This document shows, piece by piece, positions 10,675 through 19,500 of a stretch of DNA of 49,639 nucleotides. The stretch spans positions 1 to 49,639 of the forward strand of contig CAUZDT010000003.1 in the NCBI GenBank assembly GCA_963578705.1. Direction: 5' to 3'. The translations under genes and the position numbers were made by a program. Every line of letters begins with the position of its first letter. The first letter of the stretch is position 1. The notes beneath the pieces were generated by a model that worked only from the letters and a program-made list of their open reading frames with translations, was not told the DNA's origin and made no database searches. The DNA is from Candidatus Thalassarchaeaceae archaeon. Its GTDB lineage: Archaea > Thermoplasmatota > Poseidoniia > MGIII > CG-Epi1.

Positions 10675-11810
10675 CACGCCGCCTCGAGCACCGTCGCGAT
10701 GCCCTGCCCGCCGCCGATGCACATCGTTGCCAGTGCGTAGCGGCCGCCCTCGCGCTGGAGCAGTGCCGCCGCCTTGCCGGTAATGCGCGCGCCACTGGCA
10801 CCGAGCGGGTGGCCTAGCGCAATCGCGCCGCCGTCCAGGTTCACCTTGGCGTGCGACAGCCCCAGTTTGTCCAGCACCGCGAGGGATTGCGCCGCGAACG
10901 CCTCGTTGAGCTCGACCAGGTCTATTTGCCCCAGCTCGAGCCCGGCGCGATCGAGTGCTTTGCGGATCGCCTCGACAGGGCCGATTCCCATGATTTCGGG
11001 CGCGCAGCCCGAGACGGCGGTGGCGCGGATGCGCGCCATGACCGGCAGTTTGTGGCGCTTGGCGTATTCGGCTGAAGTCACCAGCACTGCCGCAGCGCCG
11101 TCGGTCAGCGGCGACGAAGTGCCGGCCGTCACACTGCCTGCGGCGTCGAAGGCGGGCTTCAGCGCCGCCAGATTCTCGGCGGTAGTATCGGGACGCGGGC
11201 AGCCGTCGGCGGCGACCGGGCCGCCGCCGTTCTCGATGGGCACAATTTCAGCCTCGAAACTGCCGTCGCCCGCGGCGCGCAGTGCGCGCAGCTGCGACTC
11301 GAGCGCAAACGCCTCCTGCGCTTTGCGCGAAATATCGTATTTGCGCGCCAGATTCTCGGCGGTCAGTCCCATATTGATGTAGACTTCGGGTGCGCGCTCG
11401 TAAAGCCCGGGGTGCGGCAGCGGGTTGAACCCCATCATCGGCACCCGTGACATCGACTCGACACCGCCACAGACGAACGCCTCGCCCGCACCGGTCGCGA
11501 TGGCGCCGACCGCCATGTGGATCGCCTGCATCGACGACCCGCAGAAGCGGTTCACCGTCGTCCCCGCCACCGATGGCGGCAGGTCCGCAAGGAAGCCGAC
11601 GATGCGCGCCACGTTGAGGCCCTGCTCGCCTTCCGGGAACGCGCAGCCGATAATCAGGTCTTCCAGCCCGGCGGGGTCGGCGCCAGTTTGCTCGAGCAGT
11701 CTGCGCACCACCTGTGCCATCAGTTCGTCGGGCCGCACCTTCGCCAGCGCACCCTTGCGCGCTGGGGTGAAGGGCGAACGCGCGTAGCCTGCAATTACTG
11801 CCTCGCTCAT
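10674..11810 (-). CDS. fadA: Acetyl-CoA C-acyltransferase (thiolase)
   Basis: NRFCGSS, NEAFA, GHPLGASG, MCIGGGQG. Confidence 0.95.
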   Translation of the reverse strand: MSEAVIAGYARSPFTPARKGALAKVRPDELMAQVVRRLLEQTGADPAGLEDLIIGCAFPEGEQGLNVARIVGFLADLPPSVAGTTVNRFCGSSMQAIHMAVGAIATGAGEAFVCGGVESMSRVPMMGFNPLPHPGLYERAPEVYINMGLTAENLARKYDISRKAQEAFALESQLRALRAAGDGSFEAEIVPIENGGGPVAADGCPRPDTTAENLAALKPAFDAAGSVTAGTSSPLTDGAAAVLVTSAEYAKRHKLPVMARIRATAVSGCAPEIMGIGPVEAIRKALDRAGLELGQIDLVELNEAFAAQSLAVLDKLGLSHAKVNLDGGAIALGHPLGASGARITGKAAALLQREGGRYALATMCIGGGQGIATVLEAA

Positions 11811-11829
11811 CAGTGCCCATTCTTCCCTG

Positions 11830-11864
11830 TATATAATAGTTTAATAAAATAAAACATTTATATA
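11830..11864. promoter_or_regulatory. Back-to-back TATA boxes in an AT-rich palindrome (divergent fadA / TrmB promoter)
   Basis: TATATAATAGTTTAAT-AAA-ATAAAACATTTATATA, 13 of 16 arm positions complementary, about 20 nt from both start codons. Confidence 0.7.
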
Positions 11865-11885
11865 GAAGAACCTTTTCTTGGGGAC

Positions 11886-12632
11886 GTGGACACCACACCA
11901 CAAAGTCCGGATACTGTGCTCCACACGCTGGGGCTTTCCGAGGGCGAGGCGGAGGTGTACCGACTGCTGCTCCGAGCCGGTGAAGCCAGCGTCGGGGACA
12001 TCAGTCGCGGTTGTGCCTTCTCGCGCGCCCGGATTTACGGCATCCTGGACAACCTCGCCGCGCGGGGCGCAGCGCACCAGGTCTCGGCGCACCCCCGCAC
12101 CTACGCGCCCGAGAACCCGCGCCGGCTGGCCGAGCTGCGGCTGCGCGAAGTCGAGGCGGCCTGCGCCGCTGCCGAGGAGACGCTGATTCCGCTCTACGAA
12201 ATGCAGGAGCGCAGCTACACCGAGTCGGTGACGGTGCGCGACATGGGCGTTTTCCAGCAGGTCGAGGAGATGTGCCTGCGCGCGACCGAGAGCATCGACG
12301 GCATCGCCGCCTTCCTGCCCTCCGCCATCCCTGACTCGCTCTGCCGTGCGCTTGCGAGTGCCGCGCGCGCCGGCGTCCGGGTGCGGCTGCTCTTCCCGCT
12401 GGGCGAGGCGCCGCTCGATCTGGCGCGGCTCCCCGGTATGTACGAAATCCGCCGTGCCGCGACCCCCGCTGCGGGAATGTTCATCATCGATCAGGCCGAG
12501 CTGTTGATTGGCGGGCTCGAGAAGCCGGAGTCGGCGACGCACCTGCTCGGGCTCTGGCTGCACCACGAGGAACTGGCGCGGCTCTCGGGACAGATTTTCG
12601 AGACACTTTTCGCGGCAGGCGAGCCGCTGTAA
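11886..12632 (+). CDS. TrmB-family transcriptional regulator
   Basis: N-terminal LGLSEGEAEVYRLLL...SRARIYGILDNL winged HTH; C-terminal ARAGVRVRLL...MFIIDQAELL effector domain. Confidence 0.88.
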   Translation: MDTTPQSPDTVLHTLGLSEGEAEVYRLLLRAGEASVGDISRGCAFSRARIYGILDNLAARGAAHQVSAHPRTYAPENPRRLAELRLREVEAACAAAEETLIPLYEMQERSYTESVTVRDMGVFQQVEEMCLRATESIDGIAAFLPSAIPDSLCRALASAARAGVRVRLLFPLGEAPLDLARLPGMYEIRRAATPAAGMFIIDQAELLIGGLEKPESATHLLGLWLHHEELARLSGQIFETLFAAGEPL

Positions 12633-12652
12633 ACAGGTCGCCGCGATGGAAG

Positions 12653-12730
12653 TGGTGGGCCCGCCCAGATTTGAACTGGAGTACCGGCGTCCCGAACGCC
12701 GAAGGATGGACCAAACTACCCTACGGGCCC
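12653..12730 (-). tRNA. tRNA-Pro(CGG)
   Basis: Reverse complement GGGCCCG...CGGGCCC-A-CCA; anticodon arm CGGCG-TTCGGGA-CGCCG. Confidence 0.96.
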
Positions 12731-12849
12731 CGCCGGCGGCGCCACGCAGGGTGCGCTAAAAAGGTCGCGGAACGGTTTTCAGACGCGTGCTGAAACGTAT
12801 TTAAGCTTTATATAGCTGAATTAAATAGGCGCCTCTCAGGGGTTTTACC

Positions 12850-13404
12850 ATGGCAGAAATAACAGTAGTCAACGTCGTGGCCAGCGCCTCGATTGGTAAG
12901 GAATTGATGTTGCAGGACATCGCCTTCCAGCTCGAAGGTGCCGAATATGACCAGGACCGGTTCCCGGGGCTGATTTACAAGCTTAAAGAGCCCAAGACGG
13001 CGGTGCTCATCTTCCGCAGCGGGAAGGTAGTCTGCACCGGTGCACGCTCGATTCCGAACGTGCATGTCGCCATCAACAAGGTGGTAGCCAAGCTGCGCAA
13101 GCTTAAGATGCCAGTCCATGACGAGCCGGACATCGTTATCCAGAACATCGTCGCCACTACCAATCTGGAGTCAACGCTCAACCTGATTCAGATTGCGATG
13201 TCGCTCGGCTTCGAAAATGTCGAATACGAGCCCGAGGCGTTCCCGGGGCTGGTCTACCGTATGGCTGACCCGAAGGTCGTGCTGCTGCTCTTCGGCAGCG
13301 GTAAGATGGTCTGTGTCGGCGCGCGAGAGGTCAACGACATCAAGAACGCCGTCCGCAACATCAAGCACGAGCTCCGTACTGCCGGACTGCTGCGAGAGGA
13401 CTAG
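12850..13404 (+). CDS. tbp: TATA-box-binding protein
   Basis: Two direct repeats NVVAS...FPGLIY...IFRSGKVVCTGA and NIVAT...FPGLVY...LFGSGKMVCVGA. Confidence 0.98.
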   Translation: MAEITVVNVVASASIGKELMLQDIAFQLEGAEYDQDRFPGLIYKLKEPKTAVLIFRSGKVVCTGARSIPNVHVAINKVVAKLRKLKMPVHDEPDIVIQNIVATTNLESTLNLIQIAMSLGFENVEYEPEAFPGLVYRMADPKVVLLLFGSGKMVCVGAREVNDIKNAVRNIKHELRTAGLLRED

Positions 13405-13427
13405 CTCCCCGTCCGCGGAGTGCAACC

Positions 13428-13823
13428 ATGACCACCAGCATCCAGGAAATTCGGTCGCTCAAGGTAGGACGCTACATCCTCGTCGATGACGCCCCGTGCC
13501 GGATCGTCGAGTACATCATCTCCAAGCCCGGCAAGCACGGTGAAGCCAAGGCGCGCATCGTCGCAGTCGGAATCTTCGACGGCACCAAGCGGTCGCTGGT
13601 CCACCCCGTCAAGCACAAGCTGCACGTGCCGCAGGTGGACAACCGCAAGGGGCAGGTGCTGGCGCACATGGGTGCTGAGGTGCAATTCATGGACCTGGAG
13701 ACCTGGGAGACCTTTACCATCCCGATGGCCGACATCCCCGAGGAGTTCCAAGGCAGCCTCGAGCCCGGCAGCGAAATCCGTTTCCTGCAGGCGATGGGGC
13801 GGCGGCTGGTCACGCGTGCCTGA
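13428..13823 (+). CDS. eif5a: Translation factor aIF-5A
   Basis: Hypusination motif SKPGKHGEAK; QFMDLETWET. Confidence 0.97.
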   Translation: MTTSIQEIRSLKVGRYILVDDAPCRIVEYIISKPGKHGEAKARIVAVGIFDGTKRSLVHPVKHKLHVPQVDNRKGQVLAHMGAEVQFMDLETWETFTIPMADIPEEFQGSLEPGSEIRFLQAMGRRLVTRA

Positions 13824-14685
13824 GTTTTTTGCCGACGCTGAAGCGGCCTTCGATGACGCGCGTTTTGTAATCTGGGGCTACCCCTTCGACGGCACCGCCT
13901 GCTTTCGCAAGGGCACCGTTGATGGTCCCGAGGCGATTCGATTCCACAGCCACAACTTCGAGTCATGGCTCAACGATCTTGGCCTCGACCTGCGCGACGT
14001 TCCGGCCCACGACTGGGGCGACGTCGAGGCGGTCGCCGACCAGGCGGCCAACAACAGCGCCATCGAGGAAATCGTCGGCCGCATCGGCGCTGCCGGCAAG
14101 TTCCCGGTCGGCCTCGGCGGCGAGCATTCGCTCACCCCTCCGGCGGTCGCCGCGCTGAAGCGCCACTACCCGGAGTTGGGAGTCATTATCCTCGACGCGC
14201 ACCTCGACTACCGCGACGGCTATCAGGGCGCGAAGTGGTCGCACGCCGCGACGACGCGCCGCGTCTCCGAAATCGTCGGCCCCGAACGCGTCCGCCCCCT
14301 CGGCATCCGCTCGCTTTCGCGCGAGGAGCTGCACGCGGCGCGCGAGGATGGCCTCAGTTACGTCGAGGCGGGCTGGAGCGAGCTGCGCGAGCACCTCTCT
14401 GACATGGTCGAGGCGCTCGACGGGCCGCTCTACTTGAGCCTTGACATGGACGCGATTGACCCCGCCTTCGCCCCCGGCGTCGGCACCCCCGAGCCGTTCG
14501 GCATGACGCCCCACGAGGTGTTGCAGGTGCTCAACTTCCTGAGCGACCGGCTAGTCGGCTTCGACTGTGTCGAGACCTGCCCGCCCGCTGACAACGGCAA
14601 CACCGCCGCGCTAGCGGCACGGTTGGTGCGCCACACCATCGGCGCCGTCGCGAAGGCGCAGCCGCGCGACACCGCTACGCCCTAG
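13816..14685 (+). CDS. speB: Agmatinase (ureohydrolase family)
   Basis: GGEHSLT, DAHLD, SLDMDAIDPAFAPGVGTPEP; GTG start overlapping the end of aIF-5A. Confidence 0.92.
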   Translation: MPEFFADAEAAFDDARFVIWGYPFDGTACFRKGTVDGPEAIRFHSHNFESWLNDLGLDLRDVPAHDWGDVEAVADQAANNSAIEEIVGRIGAAGKFPVGLGGEHSLTPPAVAALKRHYPELGVIILDAHLDYRDGYQGAKWSHAATTRRVSEIVGPERVRPLGIRSLSREELHAAREDGLSYVEAGWSELREHLSDMVEALDGPLYLSLDMDAIDPAFAPGVGTPEPFGMTPHEVLQVLNFLSDRLVGFDCVETCPPADNGNTAALAARLVRHTIGAVAKAQPRDTATP

Positions 14686-15290
14686 TATTCAACTGGTTCC
14701 GGGTCGAGCGAGCGCCAGAGGTACCACGCTGCGACTGACCGCCATGGCCGCCATACCGCGCCGATTTCGCGCAGCTGCGCCACTTCGAGCGCTTCGCCGT
14801 AGGCGAGCCGCATCCCCGCCACTATCCCGAGGTCGTCCAGCGGCAGCACGTCGGGCCGCAGCAGGTGGAAAATAAGGAACATCTCCGCCGTCCAGCACCC
14901 CACCCCGCGCAATCGGCAGAGCTGCGCAATCGCCGCCTCGTCGTCGAGCGGGACCCAGTCAATGTCCCACACCTCCCGGTCCCGCGCCAGCTCATGGATG
15001 TATTCCGTCTTGCGCTGCGAAAGCCCCGCCGGCCGCAGCTGCTCCACGCCGCGCGCCAGCACCGCCTCGACCGTCACCGCCCCGTCGCAAATCGCCTCGA
15101 GCCGGCCCCAGACGATCTGCGCCGCCCTGACTGAAATATGCTGCCCCGCAATCGCGCGCGCGAGCGTGAAGAACGGCTCCGCGCGCGGCTCGAGCCGCTC
15201 CCCCGGGAAGCTGTCGATAATCGCCGCCAGTACCGGGTCGCCCGCGCGCAGTTCGTCGCAGGCGCGTCCCCACCTCTCCGGCTCGTCCAT
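14682..15290 (-). CDS. alkA: DNA-3-methyladenine glycosylase (AlkA, HhH-GPD)
   Basis: LRGVGCWTAEMFLIF, LPLDDLG, WRPWRSVAAWYLW. Confidence 0.92.
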   Translation of the reverse strand: MDEPERWGRACDELRAGDPVLAAIIDSFPGERLEPRAEPFFTLARAIAGQHISVRAAQIVWGRLEAICDGAVTVEAVLARGVEQLRPAGLSQRKTEYIHELARDREVWDIDWVPLDDEAAIAQLCRLRGVGCWTAEMFLIFHLLRPDVLPLDDLGIVAGMRLAYGEALEVAQLREIGAVWRPWRSVAAWYLWRSLDPEPVEY

Positions 15291-15339
15291 GCCCCGGCAG
15301 CGACGCGCGGCTAAAATACCCCCGACCTTCGGCCGCAGG

Positions 15340-15427
15340 GCGCGGGTCGCATAGTCTGGCCAATCGCGGAAGGCTCAAGACCTTCTCCCTCAGGGGTTCG
15401 CAGGTTCGAATCCTGCCCCGCGCACCA
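15340..15427 (+). tRNA. tRNA-Leu(CAA)
   Basis: GCGCGGG...CCCGCGC-A-CCA; anticodon arm GAAGG-CTCAAGA-CCTTC; long variable arm. Confidence 0.97.
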
Positions 15428-15428
15428 T

Positions 15429-15457
15429 TGTTCCACCGACCGCAGGGAGGTGGAACA
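15429..15457. terminator. 9-bp hairpin after tRNA-Leu, followed by an AT-rich tract
   Basis: TGTTCCACC...GGTGGAACA between the convergent tRNA-Leu and ferredoxin genes. Confidence 0.4.
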
Positions 15458-15505
15458 CCGAGAAGCAGAGGTTACATATTCTTTTAAATATATATTGTCG
15501 ATAAA

Positions 15506-15844
15506 TCAGAATTTCATCCGGCACCGCTCGACGACCTCTCCGTGGTGCAGGTGCTGTTCGACGATTTCTGGCACGTCGCGCTCCGGGTCGGCGATGCGAT
15601 ACCATGTTCCTTCCGGGTAGACCACGCAGGAGATGCCGTTCTCGCAGAAGTCGAGGCAGCCCGACTTCTGGACTCGCACCCCTGTAAGGCCCGCCTCGCG
15701 CGCCGCCGCTTTCATCTGTTTCAGCACCGCCAGGCTCCCGCGCCCGGAGCAGCAGGGCCGTGCGGCGTCGGGCGGCCGCTCGTGCCCGCAGATGAAGACG
15801 TGCCGCTCGTATCCCGGCTGCTCGCGGTCTTTCGGGTCGGTTAC
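15506..15844 (-). CDS. Thioredoxin-like [2Fe-2S] ferredoxin (start codon non-canonical or uncertain)
   Basis: In-frame RHVFICGHER...RPCC (upstream of the ORF-track start) plus KSGCLDFCENG..VVYPEGTWY; all four Cys ligands need the extended frame. Confidence 0.85.
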   Translation of the reverse strand, partial: VTDPKDREQPGYERHVFICGHERPPDAARPCCSGRGSLAVLKQMKAAAREAGLTGVRVQKSGCLDFCENGISCVVYPEGTWYRIADPERDVPEIVEQHLHHGEVVERCRMKF

Positions 15845-16383
15845 CGTGGTACCATCTCCAGCCAGCGCTGGTGCAGCCGCCGGTCGCCGGTCAGCTCAGG
15901 GTGGAACGTGAGCGCCATGTGTGGGGGCTGCACAGCGCCCACGATATTTCCGTTGTGCCACGCTATCGGGGTGCAGCCATTATCAGTGGAAGTGATGGCG
16001 GGCGCCCGGATGAAGATGCCCGGGAACGGCTCGCCCGCATCCAGCTCGACCTCCCCCTCGAACGACTCCTGCTGCCGCCCATAGGCATTGCGGTCCAGCT
16101 CCATCGCCATCCGGCCGAGCGTCCCCCCCTCGCCGCGGCCGAGCAGGATGGCGCCGGCGCAGGTCCCCAGGATGGGGCGCTCCCACGCCAGCAGCGGCTC
16201 CCACAGCCCGGCGTTTTGTAGCAGGTGCCGCAGCGTGGTTGACTCGCCGCCCGGCATCACCAGCCCGTCCACTTTTACCAGTTCTGCGGGCGTCCTTACC
16301 CCCTCCACGCGAGCGCCGCACGCCGCCAGCGCCCGGCAGTGCTCGCTGACCGCTCCCTGCAGTGCCAGTACCCCGACTTTCAT
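15841..16383 (-). CDS. pdxT: Pyridoxal 5'-phosphate synthase glutaminase subunit
   Basis: GVLALQG, PGGESTT, GTCAG, RNAYGRQ..SF, FIRAP, FHPEL. Confidence 0.96.
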   Translation of the reverse strand: MKVGVLALQGAVSEHCRALAACGARVEGVRTPAELVKVDGLVMPGGESTTLRHLLQNAGLWEPLLAWERPILGTCAGAILLGRGEGGTLGRMAMELDRNAYGRQQESFEGEVELDAGEPFPGIFIRAPAITSTDNGCTPIAWHNGNIVGAVQPPHMALTFHPELTGDRRLHQRWLEMVPR

Positions 16384-16526
16384 CGTCGGTGCAGCCCTGC
16401 CCCACCTATATCGCTTAGCCTGTTTTCGGGCCGGGCGAACACTTTATATGAACGGGGCAACGTGACAGGAACCCTTCAGTGGGTATCCTGCCCGCTGAGA
16501 CAAGGACTCAACCCAAGGTGTGTTAT

Positions 16527-19500
16527 ATGCAAGAAACCGCTACAGAGAGCTCTCTCGCCTGGACTGCAAGGCTCGTTGCTTTTGCAGTTGCCGTGATAAT
16601 GGTCACCAGCACATTCGTGATGCTGGCGCCCTATGCCGCGGCCAAGACTGGCGGCCCAGATGCCGGCAGTTACAACTTCACCGACAGTACGGAATCGGAC
16701 GGAAAGGTATCGTATAGCTGGATTGATATTACCAGTAGCGGAACCGCTGCTGGCATTACCAGTGATACCATCTCCAATTCGTTCGACCTCGGTTTTTCGG
16801 TTACCTTCTATGGTGAGGACTCCGACGAGTTCTGGATAGGCGGCGATAATGGCTGGCTTTCACTGGACAAACCCTCCCAGAGTTACGCCTGGATTGCGTA
16901 CCAGATGCCATACGGCACTATCGCGGGAACGATGCTCTCGGCCTACTGGCACGACTGGATAATCTGCAACTTCGGGGGGAACTATGGAAAGGTACCCGAC
17001 GCGGAGATTTACTACGAGGTTCAGGGTACTGCGCCCGACCGCCAGCTAGTCGTCACTTTCTACAAGTTGTCCGACTGGTACGAATGTTACTACGGCACCG
17101 ACTACACTGACACGACTACCTTCCAGATCATCGTCAAGGAGAATGGGGATGTCATCTACCAGTACGAGGATGCTGTTTTCGAACAATATTATTCCTTCGC
17201 ACCACAAAGGGATGTCACTGTCGGTATCCAGGGTGACGGTAGCACTGGCCTGACCTACGACTACGGTGTCGCGGGTGGCTCTGGTGGCTCTGATGATTCC
17301 TACAACAACATGGCTATCCTGTTCTACCCCCCTCCGCCGCCCGACAACGAGCTGCGGCTCGATAATTCCTATGTGCCTTCCCCGCTCTCGCTGGCGGAAC
17401 AGAACACCTTCACTACCGAGGTCAATAATCGGGGTGCCAATACCCAGACCAACGTGGACATCAACGCCAAGGTATTCTCGACCAAGGTCAACACGGTACT
17501 TGATGCAACCTTCGACGATGATGAAGATGGCTTCGTCTCCAGCTCTTCTCTGGGCCCCGACCTCTGGACCCGGGATGTCCAGGACAGTCAGGGTTCGCAT
17601 GCAAGCAATTACAACTATGGTGATGACCACTTCAACAACGGCGATACCAGCGACCGCTCCATGTCATCCGGCCGTAAGGAAGGTTCAATAGGCGGTATGT
17701 TCGACGACAGTGCCCGCGTCCATCACGATGGGACAAACCTCTATGTTGCTGACAGGCTGCATGGGCAGGTATGGAAGTTTGACAGTGACAACGTTGCGAC
17801 AGTCCTTCTTACCGGCCTTGTCAACCCGCTGGACGTAACCGCCGACGAGGACGGTAACGTCTACGTGCTGGGCCGCTGCTCTGGCACTAGCTACCTCTGG
17901 TGCACCAATACCTGGGTCAAGAAGTTCGGCAGTGACGGGACCCTTCTCGCCAGCGGCGGTTCCGATATTAAGTACGGGATGGCGCTTACCTACTACGACG
18001 GTCAGGTATTCGCGCTACAGGTCTACTACACGGCCGCGACTACCAAGGTAGTCATACTGGACGCGTCTGACCTCACGACCGATGGCTCTTTCACGTACGG
18101 TAACGGCAAGTCGCGTTACTACTACTGGGAAGATTTGGATGTGGATGACGACACCGGTGACATCTGGATGATATGGCGCCATTACTCCCAGTCAACGCTG
18201 CGGAAGTATACACGCGGTACCGATGGTTCCTACAGCGCCACCACATACACTGATTGCCAGTTCCCCGGTCCGGGGTATCTGTACTACTCGAGCAGTATCG
18301 ACGTCTTCGACGGCGCCGTCTACACCTCGGGATACTACTACTCCAGCTTCTATGGTGGACTGAAGAAGATATCGACCACCAGCTGCACTTGGACAACCGT
18401 GATGTCGCAGTATGGCGGCGGCTGGAACACCTATGTGGGTTCGATTGCTATGACCTCTACCCACGTGTACGTCAGCAGTTTGTACACCTACCGTGAGTAC
18501 TACATCTACAACGCGAACGACAAGATTGGCTACTACGACCTTTCGGACGGTGAGCTTGTCGCGACGTTTGGCCCGAGCGATGCGATGCTGAGCCACCTCA
18601 TCAGCCCCTCGTTTGACACCTCGACGGCGGTCGGCGTGACCCTCAAGTTCAAGGTTTCCTATTGGTTCTTCTACCGGTACGAGGGTGCCATTTTTGAAGC
18701 TTCAACCGACGGTGGTACCACCTGGACCTACGTCGAGGAGGACAAGTTCATCAAGGGCGGTTATGTCACCGGCATCAACGGCAATATATATGACTACATG
18801 AACACGCCTACCGACATCGTCGCCAAGCAGGCCTGGACCTACTACCGGACCGGCGGCGGCTACGACCCCAGCTGCCGGCAGGCGTGCGGCTGGCAGGACG
18901 TAGAGGTTGACCTGAAGGAGTACGCCGGCTACCCGGACGTCAAGGTACGCTGGACGGTGGGCTACAACCAGTACTGGTACAGCTACGCGTGGCTGTACTA
19001 CAACAGCTACTTCCGCCTCGACGATGTGCAGGTCGACCTGATTGATATCGACGAGACCTTCGTCGACGAGACCAAGATAGTTGACTCGATAAGCTACAAG
19101 GAGGTAGTCCCGGTCAGCTTCACGCCGTTCCAGCCCTCTGATAACGGCCTCGGGGCCGGTGACACGGTGGGCGTCTCGATTACCATCATCAACGACTTCG
19201 GTGATGAGGACCTCTCCAACAACCGCTATGTTACCTTCCGCGAGGTCAAGTTCGTCGTCTTCAAGGATAACTTCAACGACTGCGACGCCAGTGACTGGCT
19301 ATTCGGGGTCGATTACTCCGGCGGCTCTGAATGGAGCGCGGCTTCGGTTGACTCCAAATCCCCAGCCTGCTCGCTTGACAGCGGTCGCAAGATGGACCAG
19401 GTCTATCCCGGCGACCCATGGGCCTCCACCGGCAATATCAACCTGAACCTGCCGGTCGAAGCTGAGTTGACCTTCGAGCACTCCTACTACTTCTACTACA

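Noticed and set aside
13428-14685. aIF-5A next to agmatinase
   Set aside because: Known conserved archaeal linkage (polyamine supply for hypusination); the 399-aa ORF-track call is an over-extension, with the real start near 13816
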